Source: the human T2T-CHM13v2.0 reference genome, Homo sapiens. From it: a stretch of DNA of 64,000 nt. A program made the translations under genes and the position numbers. The stretch is from the NCBI RefSeq assembly GCF_009914755.1, contig NC_060939.1; one strand, given 5' to 3'. The stretch's first letter is position 1. The number at the start of each line of letters is the position of its first letter. The notes below the pieces were generated by a model. The model had not been told where the DNA came from and did no database searches. It saw only the letters and a program-made list of their open reading frames with translations. Positions 42,484 through 64,000 of this stretch are shown here, in pieces.

Positions 42484-42970
42484 TAAAAAAGACTGGTTAA
42501 TTTTTTTTCCTTTGTTTTTTTGAGGCAGCATCTGGCTTTGTTGCTCAGGCTGGAGTATAGTGATGCAGTCTTGGTTCACTGCAACCTTCACCTCCTGGGC
42601 TGAAGCCGTCCTCCCACGTCAGCGCCTCAAGTAGCTGGGACTATAGGCCCACACCACCACACCTGGCTTATTTTTGTATTTTTTGTAGAGATGGGTTTTG
42701 CCAAGTTGCCCAGGTTGGTCTTGAACTCCTTAGCTCAGGCGATCCACCTGCCTTGGGCTCTCAATATTTTTTCTTTAAGTACTATATTCTTGTTGTTTGC
42801 TGTTATCATGTTCTTTATAGCTGAAAAGTAATTTCAAGTAACTTTTATTCTAATACTAGGACCCAGAGACTTTTAGTCTCGACAGTGCATATGATACATC
42901 AATTAAAATTGGGTAGGGACTATTTCCTATCAGTGCTCTTGAGCCTGTGTGCTCTTGCTCATGCGTGCTG

Positions 42971-42997
42971 ACTCTCTCTCTCTCTCTCACACACACA
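42971..42997. repeat. (TC)n(CA)n compound microsatellite
   Basis: actctctctctctctctcacacacaca. Confidence 0.8.
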
Positions 42998-44994
42998 GTA
43001 AATGTGATATTTAAGTAGAATAAGTTTATTTGCAGACAGTCCTGAAATGTATGTTCCATGTATACAAACCATCCTAAGATAATGCATCACTTTTACAGTT
43101 GTAATTTAAAGGGAGTTGTTGAAGTGAGCATTGAAGAGCTGTCTGAACTGAGGGAAAAGATTAATTTCTTGTGAAATTAGGGAATAGGGTAATGGGCCTA
43201 GGGAGAGCTTTCTAAAGGGCTAGCTAGGTCATGGTTTCTAATACTAACATAAGCTTTCTCAGTTTTACCTTATGTCTTGCCTGTTAAGGTCAGGGCCTGC
43301 TAGTCTACTTTTGGACGTGCCATTTCTTCTTCTCTTCTTCTTCTTCATGAGTCCCTTTCTTTTCCAAGAATCTCTTTCCTTTTTCATCTGTATTTTTCTC
43401 TTTTTGCCAGAACCCTAAACCAGTAACCTTGTTATTAATCTTAGGCTTGGCCATGTTCAGATCAGTTTTACCTACACAAATACTTTTTTGAGAAGAGTTC
43501 ATTTTGATCATGTACAGCCAGGTGAGAGGAGTGTAGAATAACCATTGCCAGAGATTTCCTGAGAATAAGGGAAATGAGGAGTTGTGTTGCTTAATTGTCA
43601 CATTTTTCTCAAGTGGTCAGAATGTGCATATACTAGTTTTGGGAGTGAGTACAGCAGAGCTCAGTTTGTGCTTGAAGTCAGTGAGACAGGATGGTTGATG
43701 TGGAGCAGAAGTTCTAAGGAGCTGATGTTTATAGGGGAATGAGAATATAGTAATTGAATGTCATTATCAGTGCCAGGGGTTCATATAGCCTCAAGTATTA
43801 AAGAGAAGTCCAAACTTAATTCATTTAAAAATCTTATTTAATACTTACTGTAGCGTGTGTGTTTTTTTTCATTGCCTTTCTTGGCAGAATTACGTTATTT
43901 TTAACTACATTATTTTCAGACACTACCCTCAAACATGAGAAACAGAAATCCAAAATGTTGAAACCAAGTACATTCAATGTTTTCTGGTTTCTGGACAAGT
44001 GATTTGCTTTAAACTGGTTTTAAAAAAAATAATGATTTAATAACATTCACACGATATGGAATTTTAAAAGTATCAATTAAGTATAAAATAGAAAATAAAA
44101 GTTTATCTCTTCTTCAGATCCTCCAGTGTTACTATTAACCAGAAGTAATCACTATTAGTAGTTTCTTATCTCCTTCAGAAAATGTGAAGGGCTATTCAAG
44201 GATAAATAATGTGGCTCTTTTTATATCACTATGTATAGTTATCTCATTCTTCTTGACATTTGCATAGTATTCCCTTTGTATGGATGTTCCATAATTTATT
44301 TAATCAGCTTTTGTCAGTGGATATTTGCTGCATTGAGCAACATTGTGCTTGCGTTTTATACACCTATGTAAGTGTATCTTAAGGAATAATTACTGAAAGT
44401 GTTTCAGAGGGTATATGCATTGAAAATGTTGTTGGCTATTGTTACCAGAATGCCCTCCAAGAAGTTTGCATTAAATTCCTCGATGCTAATGTCGTGATGA
44501 TAATAAAAATATCTAACACTGGTTGAGTGTTCACTCTGTGCCAGTAATGTTCTATTTTATGTGTATTCTCATTGAATCCTTCCAGTACTCTTATGAGATG
44601 GATTCTGTTATCATCACACTCATATTACAGATGAAGCATTTGGAAAATCAGTTTGGAATGATTTTTTAAAAACTATAGTTAAACTGAAATATTAATGAGA
44701 CTTAGCTCTATTATCAAGAAATCTCAGCTCTTTCAAATAATTAACTTCCTTAGATTCTTAGGAGATAGGTTATTTCCTAGTCATATTTTGAGTGATTCAA
44801 ATAAAATGATTTGGCAAAAAGTCTTAGCTAATTCAAATTGGTAGAACTAGAACTTGAACTCAGGCTTTCTGGATAGAGTTGGAAAGTCTAAACTTTTAAT
44901 TTGACTTATTTACTACATGTTAATATGATTTGTATGGATGAATGGATATTAGTTACTCTGGAACTTCTGGGACAACTTTTTCATACAATGTGCT

Positions 44995-46759
44995 TGTATT
45001 AATCCATTGTCACGCTGCTAATAAAGACATACCCAAGACTGGGTAATTTATAAAGGAAAGGGGTTTAATTGGCTCACAGTTCCACATGGCTGGGGAGGCC
45101 TCACAATTATGGCAGAAGGTGAATGAAGAGCAAAGTCACGTCTTACATGGCAGCAGGCAAGAGAGAGATTGTGCAGGGGAACTCCCATTTATAAAACCAT
45201 CAGACCTTGTGAGACTTACTCACTACCATGAGAACATGGTATGTGGGAAACTGCCCCCATGAATTATGTCCACCTGGCCCTGTCCATGACACGTGGGAAT
45301 TATTATAAGTCAAGGTGAGATTTGGGTAGGGATACAGCCAGACCATATCATTCTGCCCCTGCCGCTTCCAAATCCCATGTCCTCATATTTCAAAACCAAT
45401 CATGCCTTCCCAACAGTCCCCCAAAGTCTTAACTCATTTCAGTATTTACTCAAAAGTCCACAGTCCAAAGTCTCATCTGAGACAAGGCAAGTCCCTTCTG
45501 CATATGAGCCTGTAAAATTAGAAGCAAGTTAGTTCCTAGATGCAATGAGGGTACAGATGTTGGGTAATTATACCCGTTAATATTTCATTCCACATAACTT
45601 ATGCAAATTTCTGAGCTGGTTTGAATTTCTCCCCAGAAAATGGGTTTCCTTTTTTATCACATTGTCAGGCTGCAAATTTTGCAAATTTTTATGCTCTGCT
45701 TCCTCTCGAATGGTTTGCTCTTAGAAATTACTTTTGCATATACCCTAAATCATCTCTCTCAAGTTCAAGGTTCCACAGACCTCTAAGGCAGAGGCAAAAT
45801 GCTGCCAGTCTCTTTGCATAGCAAGAGTGGCCCATTTACTCCAGTTCCCAAGAAGTTCCTTGTCTACATCTGAGGCTACCTCTGCCTGGACTTTATTGTC
45901 CATATCACTGTCAGCATTTTGGTCAAAGCCATTCAACAAGTCTCTAGGAAGTTCCAAACTTCCCCACATCTTCTTATCTTTGGAGCTCTCCAAACTTTTG
46001 CAACCTCTGCCAGTTACCCAGTTCGAAAGTTGCTTCCACATTTTCAGATATCTTTACAGAATCACCCCACTCTGTTAGTACCAATTTACTGTATTAGTTC
46101 ATTCTCATGTTGCTAATAAAGACATACCCGAGACTGGGTAATTTATTCTATTTTTATTTATTTATTATTTTTTTGAGACAGTCTTACTCTGTGGCCCAGG
46201 CTGCTGGAGTGCAGTGGTGTGATCTTGGCTCACTGCAACCTCTGCCTCCTGGGTTAAAGTGCCTGAGTAGCTGGGATGACAGGCCTGCACCACCACGCCC
46301 AGCTAATCTTTGTATTTTTATTAGAGACTGGGTTTCACCATGGTGGCCGGGCTGGTCTCAAACTCCTGGCCTCAAGAGATCCGCTGCCCACCTCAGCCTC
46401 CCAAAGTGCTGGGATTACAGGTTTGAGCCACCGCACCCGGCCAAGACTGGTAACTTATAAAGGAAAGAGGTTTAATTGACTCACAGTTCCACATGGCTGG
46501 TCAGGCCTCACAATCGTGGCAGGTCATTGAGGAGCAAAGTCACATCTTACATGGCAGCAGGCAAGAGAGAGCTTGTGCAAGGAACTTGGCATTTATAAAA
46601 TCATCAGATCTCATGAGACTTGTTCACTACCGTGAGAACATGGTATGTGGGAAAATTGCCCCCATGATTCAGTTATCTCTGCCTGGCCCCACCCTTGGCA
46701 TGTGGGCATTATTACAATTCAAGGTGAGATTTGGGTGGGGACAAAGCCAAACCATATCG
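44995..46759 (-). mobile_element. THE1-family MaLR provirus: LTR 44995-45350, shortened internal region 45351-46089, LTR 46090-46759 (split by an Alu)
   Basis: Two direct LTRs (tgtatta...ctgctaataaagacatacc...accatatca) share the variant gagaacatggtatgtgggaaa; outer 5-bp TSD gtgct/gtgca. Confidence 0.88.
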
Positions 46760-47636
46760 GTGCATCAATATTTATTGGCTATTGGGAAATGAACTGATGG
46801 AAAAATGTTTTACATTTTAAGTATTTTGTAATATCTTAAAATACTCCAAGACCCAACAGTTGTATATAATTAACTGACTTTATGTCATCAGTTCATTTGT
46901 GGTTCTTTTTGGTTTGGTTTTATTTGCTTTTTGAGACAGTCTTATCTGTTGTCCAGGTTGGAGTGCAGTGGTGCAATTATGACTCGCTGCAGCCTCAACC
47001 TCCTTGGGCTCAGGTGATCCTCCCACCTCAGCCTCCCTAGTAGCTGGCACAGCAGCAGGTGTGTGCAACTACAGTTGACTAATTTTTTTTTTTTTTTTGG
47101 TAGAGACAGGGTTTTGTCATGTTGCCTAGGCTGGTCTCGAACTCCTGGGCTTAAGTGATGTGCCTGCCTCGGCCTCCCAAAGTGCTGGATTACAGGTGTG
47201 AGCCACTGCACGTAACCAGTGTATTTGTTATAATCAACAGATTTCTGGAAAATATTTGCTTCTTGCTGTCCCATTATTAATTGGCTTTTAACTTTATTAG
47301 GGATTTCTATTATGTGTAGAAAGCCAAAGTGATATGTTACTTGGGTTATTAGAAAGCCTGTTAAACATTTAGTTTTTCCCAGTTGCCAGTGAGGCTGATA
47401 ATTTATACATTCTGTTTTGTTACTGCAATATGTCAAGAACTCCAGATATTTAAAATAACCTAACAGAAGCTAGGTTTGAGAATAGGTGTTAATTTTAGTA
47501 ATATATTTCTAGGATCTATTCAGAGAACCTTACTGGAACTAATTGACATTTAATAACACAAAAACCTTGGGTTTCCCAATTAATTATGGATATGAGGACT
47601 TCTTTATACTTTATTAACTTTAAAATTAATAGGTAT

Positions 47637-47928
<292 letters not shown>

Positions 47929-49000
47929 GTAGGTATTACAGATTATATCTCCTTCAGTCTTCAAGGAAACGTAAATGTCAAATATGCTCCTAAATAAGAG
48001 AGCTTAAGTCAGTCCCATTTTACCACTGAGGAGAAAAAGAAGTTTTGTCTATCTTGCTTTGAAATACAAAGTTTTAAGGCTGTTGTTAAAATAGTCATAT
48101 GTCTTATTAACTTATTTACATATAAGATATTGAAAAAATGTTAATTTAGAGTTAGTGATTATTACCCACATTTCCTGAAAATAATTTTATTCACACAACC
48201 ATCGTAGACCTTGATGTCTTGGTAATTGCTAGAACCATTTTTTAAGTCATCACAATTTTTGAGAGCATAGGATCCTCATCTGCTTTGTGTGAGGTATGGC
48301 ACGCACTGACTCCATGAGTGATGCATCACTAGAAACTTTGTCTCAAACTACAAATATCATTTTACCTTATATTAGGCTTTAAAAAATTATCTAATAGCTG
48401 TATATATATATATTTTCCATGTGTAGTCCATACTGTATTGACTTTTTAAGCTTTTTTAAAAGTTTGCTTAAAAAGATAACCCTTGGAATTGTAGAGTCCC
48501 AGGATCAGGAATTATATCTAATGCTGTGAATACTTCTGTCCCTCTTTTTGTAAAAGTAGCATTGATTGAGTTATAGTTTTTGGTTTTATGATTTTATTTG
48601 GGAACTTTTAGACTTACACAAAAACAGAAATATGCAATGAACTCCCATATAATCATCATCTCGCTTCAGTTGTTGACATTCTGCCATTCTTAATTCATTT
48701 CTAACCCCTCTTTTTTTTCCTGGAGAATTTCACAAAAATTGTAGACATCATTTTACTCATAGACACTTCAACACACATGGTTTAATTCTTTTTTACATAT
48801 GGCATCATTTCTGTAAACTGGTAGGTAGTTGGGTCTAAAAGCTTGATTAGGTTCAAGTTTAGTTCCGGCAGTACTTTGTTGATGATACTGTGTGCTTTCT
48901 GTTGCGTCACAAATTGAGCTTGATCAGAGGGTTCAGATGTTGTCATTCCGATCCTTCCATTATAAAGTTCCCCTTCACTGTTTTCTGTAATGTTTTTTAG

Positions 49001-50514
<1,514 letters not shown>

Positions 50515-50762
50515 ACATTTTGACTGTTTTAACAGACAAAGCTAGAAATGTAAAGATTTTAGAAAAAAATAAATCTTTAATTTAAGTGAATATTTCCACT
50601 GCAAGTTTAGGATTAGGGTTTTTATGTAAGTTGTTGTTTTATATTTGTATTTGTTCTTACACTGAAAACTCTGATTCTTAACAATATTAACCATTGCTTA
50701 TTTGCCTTGTCGTATATATGCCATAAATACGTACACATAAGTGAACTAGTTTCAACATAAAA

Positions 50763-50807
50763 ATTACTTTTAATGGCAAAACCACCATTGCTTTTGCACT
50801 AACCTAA
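50763..50807. mobile_element. Half of a MADE1 mariner MITE
   Basis: attacttttaatggcaaaaccaccattgcttttgcactaacctaa followed by TA. Confidence 0.7.
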
Positions 50808-51355
50808 TACAGTAATTCTAATTAATACAGTTTAAGTATTTTGTTTTGTATAGTGTCTTTTTGCCCTTGGCCAGTTTTCTGTGTGGTTATGCCACCAATT
50901 TCACATGCATTTAGGTTCATTTATTTCAGGGTTGGCTTTTTTAAAGATATTTTTAAAAAATTTAATTTCGCTTTTTAAATTATGTAAAACATTTACCTAG
51001 CTTCAGAGTCAAAACTTTAAAACAAGATATACTCAGGTCTTAATTTAGTTTTGGTTAACTCTTTCATTTTTTTTCTTCAAAAATATACCCAAAATATGAC
51101 CCCCTTCTCTTACTCAAAAGTGTCTCTTGCTTTTTTCACTTAATATATACTATTGTTGGGGTATACAGAGATACTGTAGAGGAATGAAAGTATATATCTC
51201 CGTATATCTCATTTCTTTTTATTCCTTTTGTTGTTAAGCTTCATCATACTCCCTTGCATGGTTGTACCAGTTTGTTCAACCAGTCTCCTATTGATGAACA
51301 GTTTGCAGACTTTTTTTTATTATTTTAAATAGCACTGCAATAAATAGCTTTTCTT

Positions 51356-51657
51356 GACCCCGTGCAGTGGCTCACGCCTGTAATCCCAGCACTTTGGGAG
51401 GCCGAGGCGGGTGGATCATGAGGTCAGGAATTCAAGACCAGCCCGACCAACATGGTGAAACTCTGTCTCTACCAAAAATACAAAAATTAGCCGGGTGTGG
51501 TGGCTGCACCTGTAATCCCAGCTACTCAAGAGGCTGAGGCAGGAGAACTGCTTGAACCCAGGAGGCGGAGGTTGCAGTGAGCCGAGATCTAGAGATTGTG
51601 CCACTGCACTCCAGCCTGGGTGACAGAGTGGGACTCTGTCTCAAAAGAAAAAAAAAA
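51356..51657 (+). mobile_element. Alu
   Basis: Dimeric Alu; long TSD actgcaataaatagctttt. Confidence 0.92.
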
Positions 51658-52207
51658 TTACTGCAATAAATAGCTTTTTGTATATGTCATTTCATATTTG
51701 TTTGACAGTGTGTCTTTGGAATAGTATTCTAGAAGGCAGTTGTTGAATAAAGGATAAATGCATATGTTATTTTGTAAAATATGGCCACATTTTTCTCCAT
51801 GGTGATTGTAACCATTTTGAATGCTCACCGGCAAGGGTGCCTGTTTTCTCAAAATCCTTCCAACAGAATATGTTGTCAGATTTTAGGGGGTTTTTGGTCC
51901 GTCTGATAGCTGAGAAATAGTATGTCAGTACATTTTAAATTTGTATTTCTTTTATTTTTTTTAATGTGTAATGTGTATCTTTTCATATGTTTTAAAAACT
52001 TTAGGTCATTTTCATTTCTTTTCCTGTGATCAGTCTGTTCATATTTTTTTTTTTTTTTTTTGCCTGTTTTGATATCAGGATACTGGTCTTCATTCTTCTA
52101 TCCATTTTTAGAAGCTTTTTATATATTAGCAATGTAAGTCCTATATAATACACACATTTTTCACAAATTAATTAGTAGTTTCTTGACTTACATACTTTTA
52201 TGCCAAA

Positions 52208-57204
<4,997 letters not shown>

Positions 57205-57294
57205 GGAATTCTTATAATTCAACAATGAGACCAAAAGCTCAGATTAAACATGGACAGAAGAATAGACATTTCACCAAAGTGGCTAATAAAATTA

Positions 57295-57595
57295 GGCTTG
57301 GCACGGTGGCTCACATCTATAATCCTAGCACTTTGGGAGTCCAAGGTAGGAAGATCACTTGAGCTCAGGAATTCGAGACCAGCCTGAGCAACATATGAGA
57401 TCTCATTTGTATGAAAAATTTAAAAATTAGCTGGGCATGGTGGCAGGTACCTGTAGTCGCAGCTACTGGGGTGGCTAAGGTGGCAGGATTGCTTGAGCCC
57501 GGGAGGTCAAGGCTGCAGTGAGCTATTATCGTGCCATTGTACTCCAGCCTGGGCATTGGATCAAGACACTTTCTCAAACACAAACAGACAAAAAC
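57295..57595 (+). mobile_element. Alu (AluJ-like)
   Basis: Dimeric Alu. Confidence 0.88.
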
Positions 57596-57639
57596 CAGAG
57601 TAACTAATAATCACATGAAAAAATGCTCAGCACCATTAG

Positions 57640-57955
<316 letters not shown>

Positions 57956-58886
57956 TACTTATTTTAGAAATGGTTATTAAAACCACAATGAGATACCACG
58001 TATAGCCACTGGAACAAGTTTAATGAAAAAGAAACAATAATAGGTACTGGTGAGGATGTGGAGAACCTGAAACCTTCATTTCCCTATTGGGAATGTAAAA
58101 TTGTAGAGCCACTTAGGGAAACAATTTGACAGTTCCTTAAAAAGTTAAACAAATTTACCATAGAACCTAGAAATTACATTCCTAAGTATTTACCTAAGAG
58201 AAATGAAAGCACATGTTTGTAGGAAGACTTATACATGAATGTTCATAGCTACTTTATTTGTAATATGCAAAAACTGAGCAAAACCCAAATGTCCATCAGT
58301 GGATGAATGGATAAAGTATGTTATATCCATATGATTGGATACTACTCAGCAATAAAAAAAGTATGAATATTGATACAACAAATGAATATATTTCAACATA
58401 AATACGCTGAGTGAAAGGAGCCAAAAGTGTATGCAATGTGTGACTCCACTTAACATAAAACTTTACAAAATCCAAACCAATTCATAATGACAGAGAGCAG
58501 ATCAGTTGTTGCAGGGGTATTGGAGTTGGTATAGGGGATGATGACTGACTGAAATAGGACTTGCGAGCTCTTTTGGGGTTATTGGAAATGTTCTTAAACT
58601 GGATTGTGGTGATGATTACACTCCATAAATTTACTAAAATTAGCAAAATGTACACTTAAAATCGGTGAATTTTTTTACACTCATTATGTGAAAATTCTTA
58701 ATTACAGACATTATTTGTAAACTGTTGGGTGACATTTGTATTGACAGGTGATAGTAATGAAGAAGCCATTCAACAACAGGTTTGTAAAAAATACAGCAAG
58801 AAAAGAAATGGAGGGTTACTTTTTTAAAAACCATTTTAACTATTTTTAAGCTTATTGTTCAGTAGTGTTAGGTATATTCACATTGG

Positions 58887-59178
58887 GACCAGGTGCAGTG
58901 GCTCATACTTGTAACCCCAGCACTTTGGGGGACTGAGGTGGGAGGAGTATTACTTGAGCCTAGGAGTTCGAGACCAGCCTGGGCAGTGTACTAAGATCCT
59001 GTCTCTTAAAAAAACAAACAAACAAACAAAAATTAGCTGGGTGTGGTGGTGTGCACCTGTAGTCCCAGCTACTCAGGAGGCTGAGTTAGGAGGATCACTG
59101 GAGCCCAGGAGATTGACGGCATGAGCGTGATTGTGCCCCTACACTCTAGCCTGACCCTGTCTCACACACACACAAAAA
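58887..59178 (+). mobile_element. Alu (AluJ-like)
   Basis: Dimeric Alu with a (CA)n/A tail. Confidence 0.87.
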
Positions 59179-59179
59179 A

Positions 59180-59405
59180 GTATATTTACATTTGTTGTGA
59201 AACAGATCTCCAGAACTTTTCCATCTTCCAAAACTGGAACTCTATAGCCATTATACAACTCCTCTTTCTCCTCGCTCTGACCCTGGTTACCACCACTCTT
59301 CTTTCTGTTTCTACAAATTTGACTACTTTAGATACTTCACATAACTGGAATCACAGTTTTTGTCTTTTTATGACTGGCTTATTTCACTTAGCGTAATGCC
59401 CTCAA
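59180..59405 (-). mobile_element. L1MB-like 3' fragment abutting the RPL21 pseudogene tail
   Basis: cagatctccagaactttttccatc...gactggcttatttcacttagcgtaatgccctcaag. Confidence 0.7.
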
Positions 59406-60508
<1,103 letters not shown>

Positions 60509-61250
60509 AGATTAAATGGTTGAATTTTAAAGTATGTAAATTATACCTCAAAAAAACTATTTTAAAAAGTAGACTTACCCTGACACTAGACTCTATATCA
60601 AAGGGGTTGAATAGTTTCAAAATGGACCGTAAAATACGTGTAATATTTAAGAGAAGTATCAAAAAATATTTTAACTGCATTATTGAGGTATGATTAGTAT
60701 ACTAAAAGCTGAAGGAAGGTAGTGTATATAACTTGATGTGTTTGGAAAGAGCTATAACACCTGTAAAACCATCATTACAATCAGTGCCATGGACTTAAAT
60801 CCATCACCTCCAAAAATTTCTTCCTGTCTCCTTACTTTTGTTTCCTTTTTTGGTTAGAGCACTTAATGTGTTATACCCTTTTAGCAAAGTTTTAAACATA
60901 CAATACGTTATTGCTAATCATAGACCCTATGTTGTGCAGTAAATTTCCAGTATGTATTTCTTTTGCATAACTGAAAATTAGAGGAGGTATCAAAAATTAA
61001 TGGGGTAAAAAAGATTTTTCAATAAATGTTTTGGTGATAGCTAGTTAGCTGTGGAGAGACAGAGCAGGATTCTATTTATATAATCTTATCTAATGTCATA
61101 ACAAAAATCAGTTCTAGATACAGTAATATAAAGAATATTAAAGACTTGGACCAACTCTAATTTAATACTTATCCATCTTCTAAATAAGGATGCACTTTCC
61201 AAGTTTAGAATGATTTAGAAAAGAACGGGCATTTAAAAATGACAAATTTT

Positions 61251-61908
<658 letters not shown>

Positions 61909-62369
61909 CTAAAAAGCTACAGTGTTTTTTTAAAAGAATATATCACCTAAATGAAAACAACCTTGGAAAAAACATAAAGCTATTGTAATTACTTTGAGCT
62001 ATTAAAGGGTTAATATCTTATATAGTAGAATATCTTATACAAGATCTATAATATACTACAGATATTACAGGATAAATATCTATATAAGATCTTACAAATC
62101 ATGTAGAAACCACTGAACATCTGTAATGAATACAACAAATCCATAGAAGAGGAAGTAAACATGCAAAGAAGTGTAGATTAAAACAGTGATTACCATTTTT
62201 ACTGTGTGTGTTTTTTGTTCCTTGTGTATTTTTTTAAAAAACCTTTTTGACAGATAAGATTTTTATTTTTGCAATGAATTTCATGGTCTTCAAAGTCAAA
62301 ATAAAAATTTCTGCCTAACGATTAGCTGACAGGAAGATGCCTTTAAATGTTTTTTCTTTTTGTTTCCAG

Positions 62370-62496
62370 GAAGTATTGATGAAGATGTTGTGGTGATAGA
62401 AGCTTCCTCCACTCCCCAGGTTACTGCCAATGAAGAAATTAATGTTACCTCAACTGACAGTGAAGTGGAGATTGTAACAGTTGGAGAAAGCTATCG
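62370..62496 (+). CDS. RNF111: RNF111 second coding exon (127 nt) encoding SIM1 and SIM2
   Basis: Acceptor tttttctttttgtttccag|G; donor CG|gtgaga. The phase-1 join to the previous exon reads [47 protein letters not shown] and VEIVTV with acidic flanks are the Arkadia SUMO-interacting motifs. Too short for the ORF track. Confidence 0.96.
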
Positions 62497-62634
62497 GTGA
62501 GATTTTAATTCTTAGTTAAATGTTTGAAATATTAAATATAAATATTAAACATATTTGTGCTGCAGATATTTGCATTCTTTTTATTTATTTATTTTTGAGA
62601 CCCAGTTTGAGTATGCATATATCAGATTAGTGGA

Positions 62635-62776
62635 TTTTTTTTTTTTTTTTTTTTTGGTAAGAGATAAAATATTGCTATGTTACCCAGGCTGGACTTCTAC
62701 CCCTTGGCTCAAGTGATTCTCCTGTCTCATTCTCCATAGTAGCTAGGACTGTAGGCACATGTCACTAAGCCTGTCT
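62635..62776 (-). mobile_element. FLAM/Alu monomer
   Basis: T-tract followed by a degenerate antisense monomer. Confidence 0.7.
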
Positions 62777-64000
62777 AGATTTGTCCTTTTCAAAGCAGGC
62801 TGCATTAAACTCACCTGGAGAGATAATAAAATAAAGCTATATTGTTGCCCAGACTCTTTCCCATACTTGAACTAGAATTTTAGAGGTTAGTCTTTTTAAA
62901 AGCACCCCAAGTATACAATGAGAGTTAAGAGTTAATGCTCTGAATAAACAATAATTTTACTTAGTGTTTTATAAAATTGTGTTTTTTAATGATATGGAGA
63001 ATTGATCTGCTTTGAAATTTAGATGTGAATAATACATAAATATTGGGGATGGTACCAAATTAAAAATGAAAAAATATTAAGGGGTATTGATGTTGAAATA
63101 GCCCTTTCTGTTAGAATCTACTTGTTTCAATATGTTACTCATTGATACCAGTGAAACTTGTGCTGTTACTGTGTTAGGGCACCCTAATTCAAAACATATG
63201 TTTTGATTCTTTTTCCTTCACTCAGTAATTTTATCGGTGCTCTGAACTAACACATCAATGAAACATCCTTATCTGTTTTTATAAATAACTGGAAAAGACA
63301 TTGCCCTATTGCAGAATCACTTTGACTCTCCCTCCAAAATATCAACTCCTAACATTGCATTCATCTTATACTTTAGATGATTATAAGTATTGGTAATAAT
63401 AGCAATAAAGAGTTGCTTTGTTACATTTGATACACCCAACTAATAATCTAACGGATGAATCTTAATTTTTGTGTTGGAACGAATTTAGAAGTGCATTTGC
63501 TTATTGCATGTTAATATGTTACTGATTTTAAAAGTATATATTCATATTTCTGACATCTGTTACAAACACTTAGAACATGCTTTTCCACTTGCCATTTTAG
63601 CATCGAAGTGCTACTTCTAAAGGCATGGAAGTGAGCATTCTATAACATATACTTGTTTGTTTTAATTTTATATTATTTTCCCCAACTCTGAGTAAAACTG
63701 AAAACCAGTGTTATGTACCACACCTATCCTCTGACCGTGCATAGTGCTTGGTACAACATTGACTCAATTTTTATGAGCTGTAAGGACTACTGAAATTACA
63801 GACCTATTTTTCCTTGTAGGACTAGAGATCTTGTTTTGGACATGGTTGATGTCAAGCAGATGCATTTACCTGAGTTGATAGGCAGTGATCTTGAAAAAGA
63901 CCCACAGTGTACATGACCCATTGTTATATCTCTTATTGTTATCTGAGATATTAATTTTGTTACTGTTTAGCTGGCTTTTTGCCCTTTAGTTTATTTTACT

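Noticed and set aside
50763-50809. MADE1-derived miR-548-like hairpin
   Set aside because: Only one arm of the MADE1 palindrome is present, so the precursor hairpin cannot form.
62325-62340. Alternative acceptor ctgacag|gaagatg upstream of the SIM exon
   Set aside because: No pyrimidine tract and it would add 38 nt (frameshift); more likely part of the branch-point region.

Overview
Primate (almost certainly human) genomic DNA from inside RNF111 (Arkadia, a SUMO-targeted E3 ubiquitin ligase), transcribed on the + strand. The window holds about 41 kb of 5'-UTR intron, the 899-nt first coding exon (40886-41784, ATG at 40905), a 20.6-kb intron, a 127-nt exon encoding two SUMO-interacting motifs (62370-62496) and the start of the next intron. 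The rest is dense in repeats: about 64 Alu/FLAM/FAM copies, old L1, L2 and MIR fragments, three MaLR elements (including a two-LTR THE1 provirus), hAT and Tigger DNA transposons, and an antisense RPL21 processed pseudogene split by two Alus. Almost every ORF in the supplied track is an Alu or L1 artefact. I found no prokaryote-type system (CRISPR, operon, rRNA or tRNA). The best leads are: (1) back-splicing of the 899-nt exon would create a stop codon and a 296-aa ORF filling 891 of 899 nt of the circle; (2) a perfect 45-bp inverted repeat with a 5-nt loop in unique intronic sequence; (3) two candidate upstream exons that would extend RNF111 in frame; (4) three sites hit twice by retrotransposons (triple target-site duplications, TSDs); (5) a 74-bp locally templated duplication. 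Repeat family calls and boundaries were made by eye from recalled consensus sequences and are approximate (about +/-20 bp unless a TSD is quoted).
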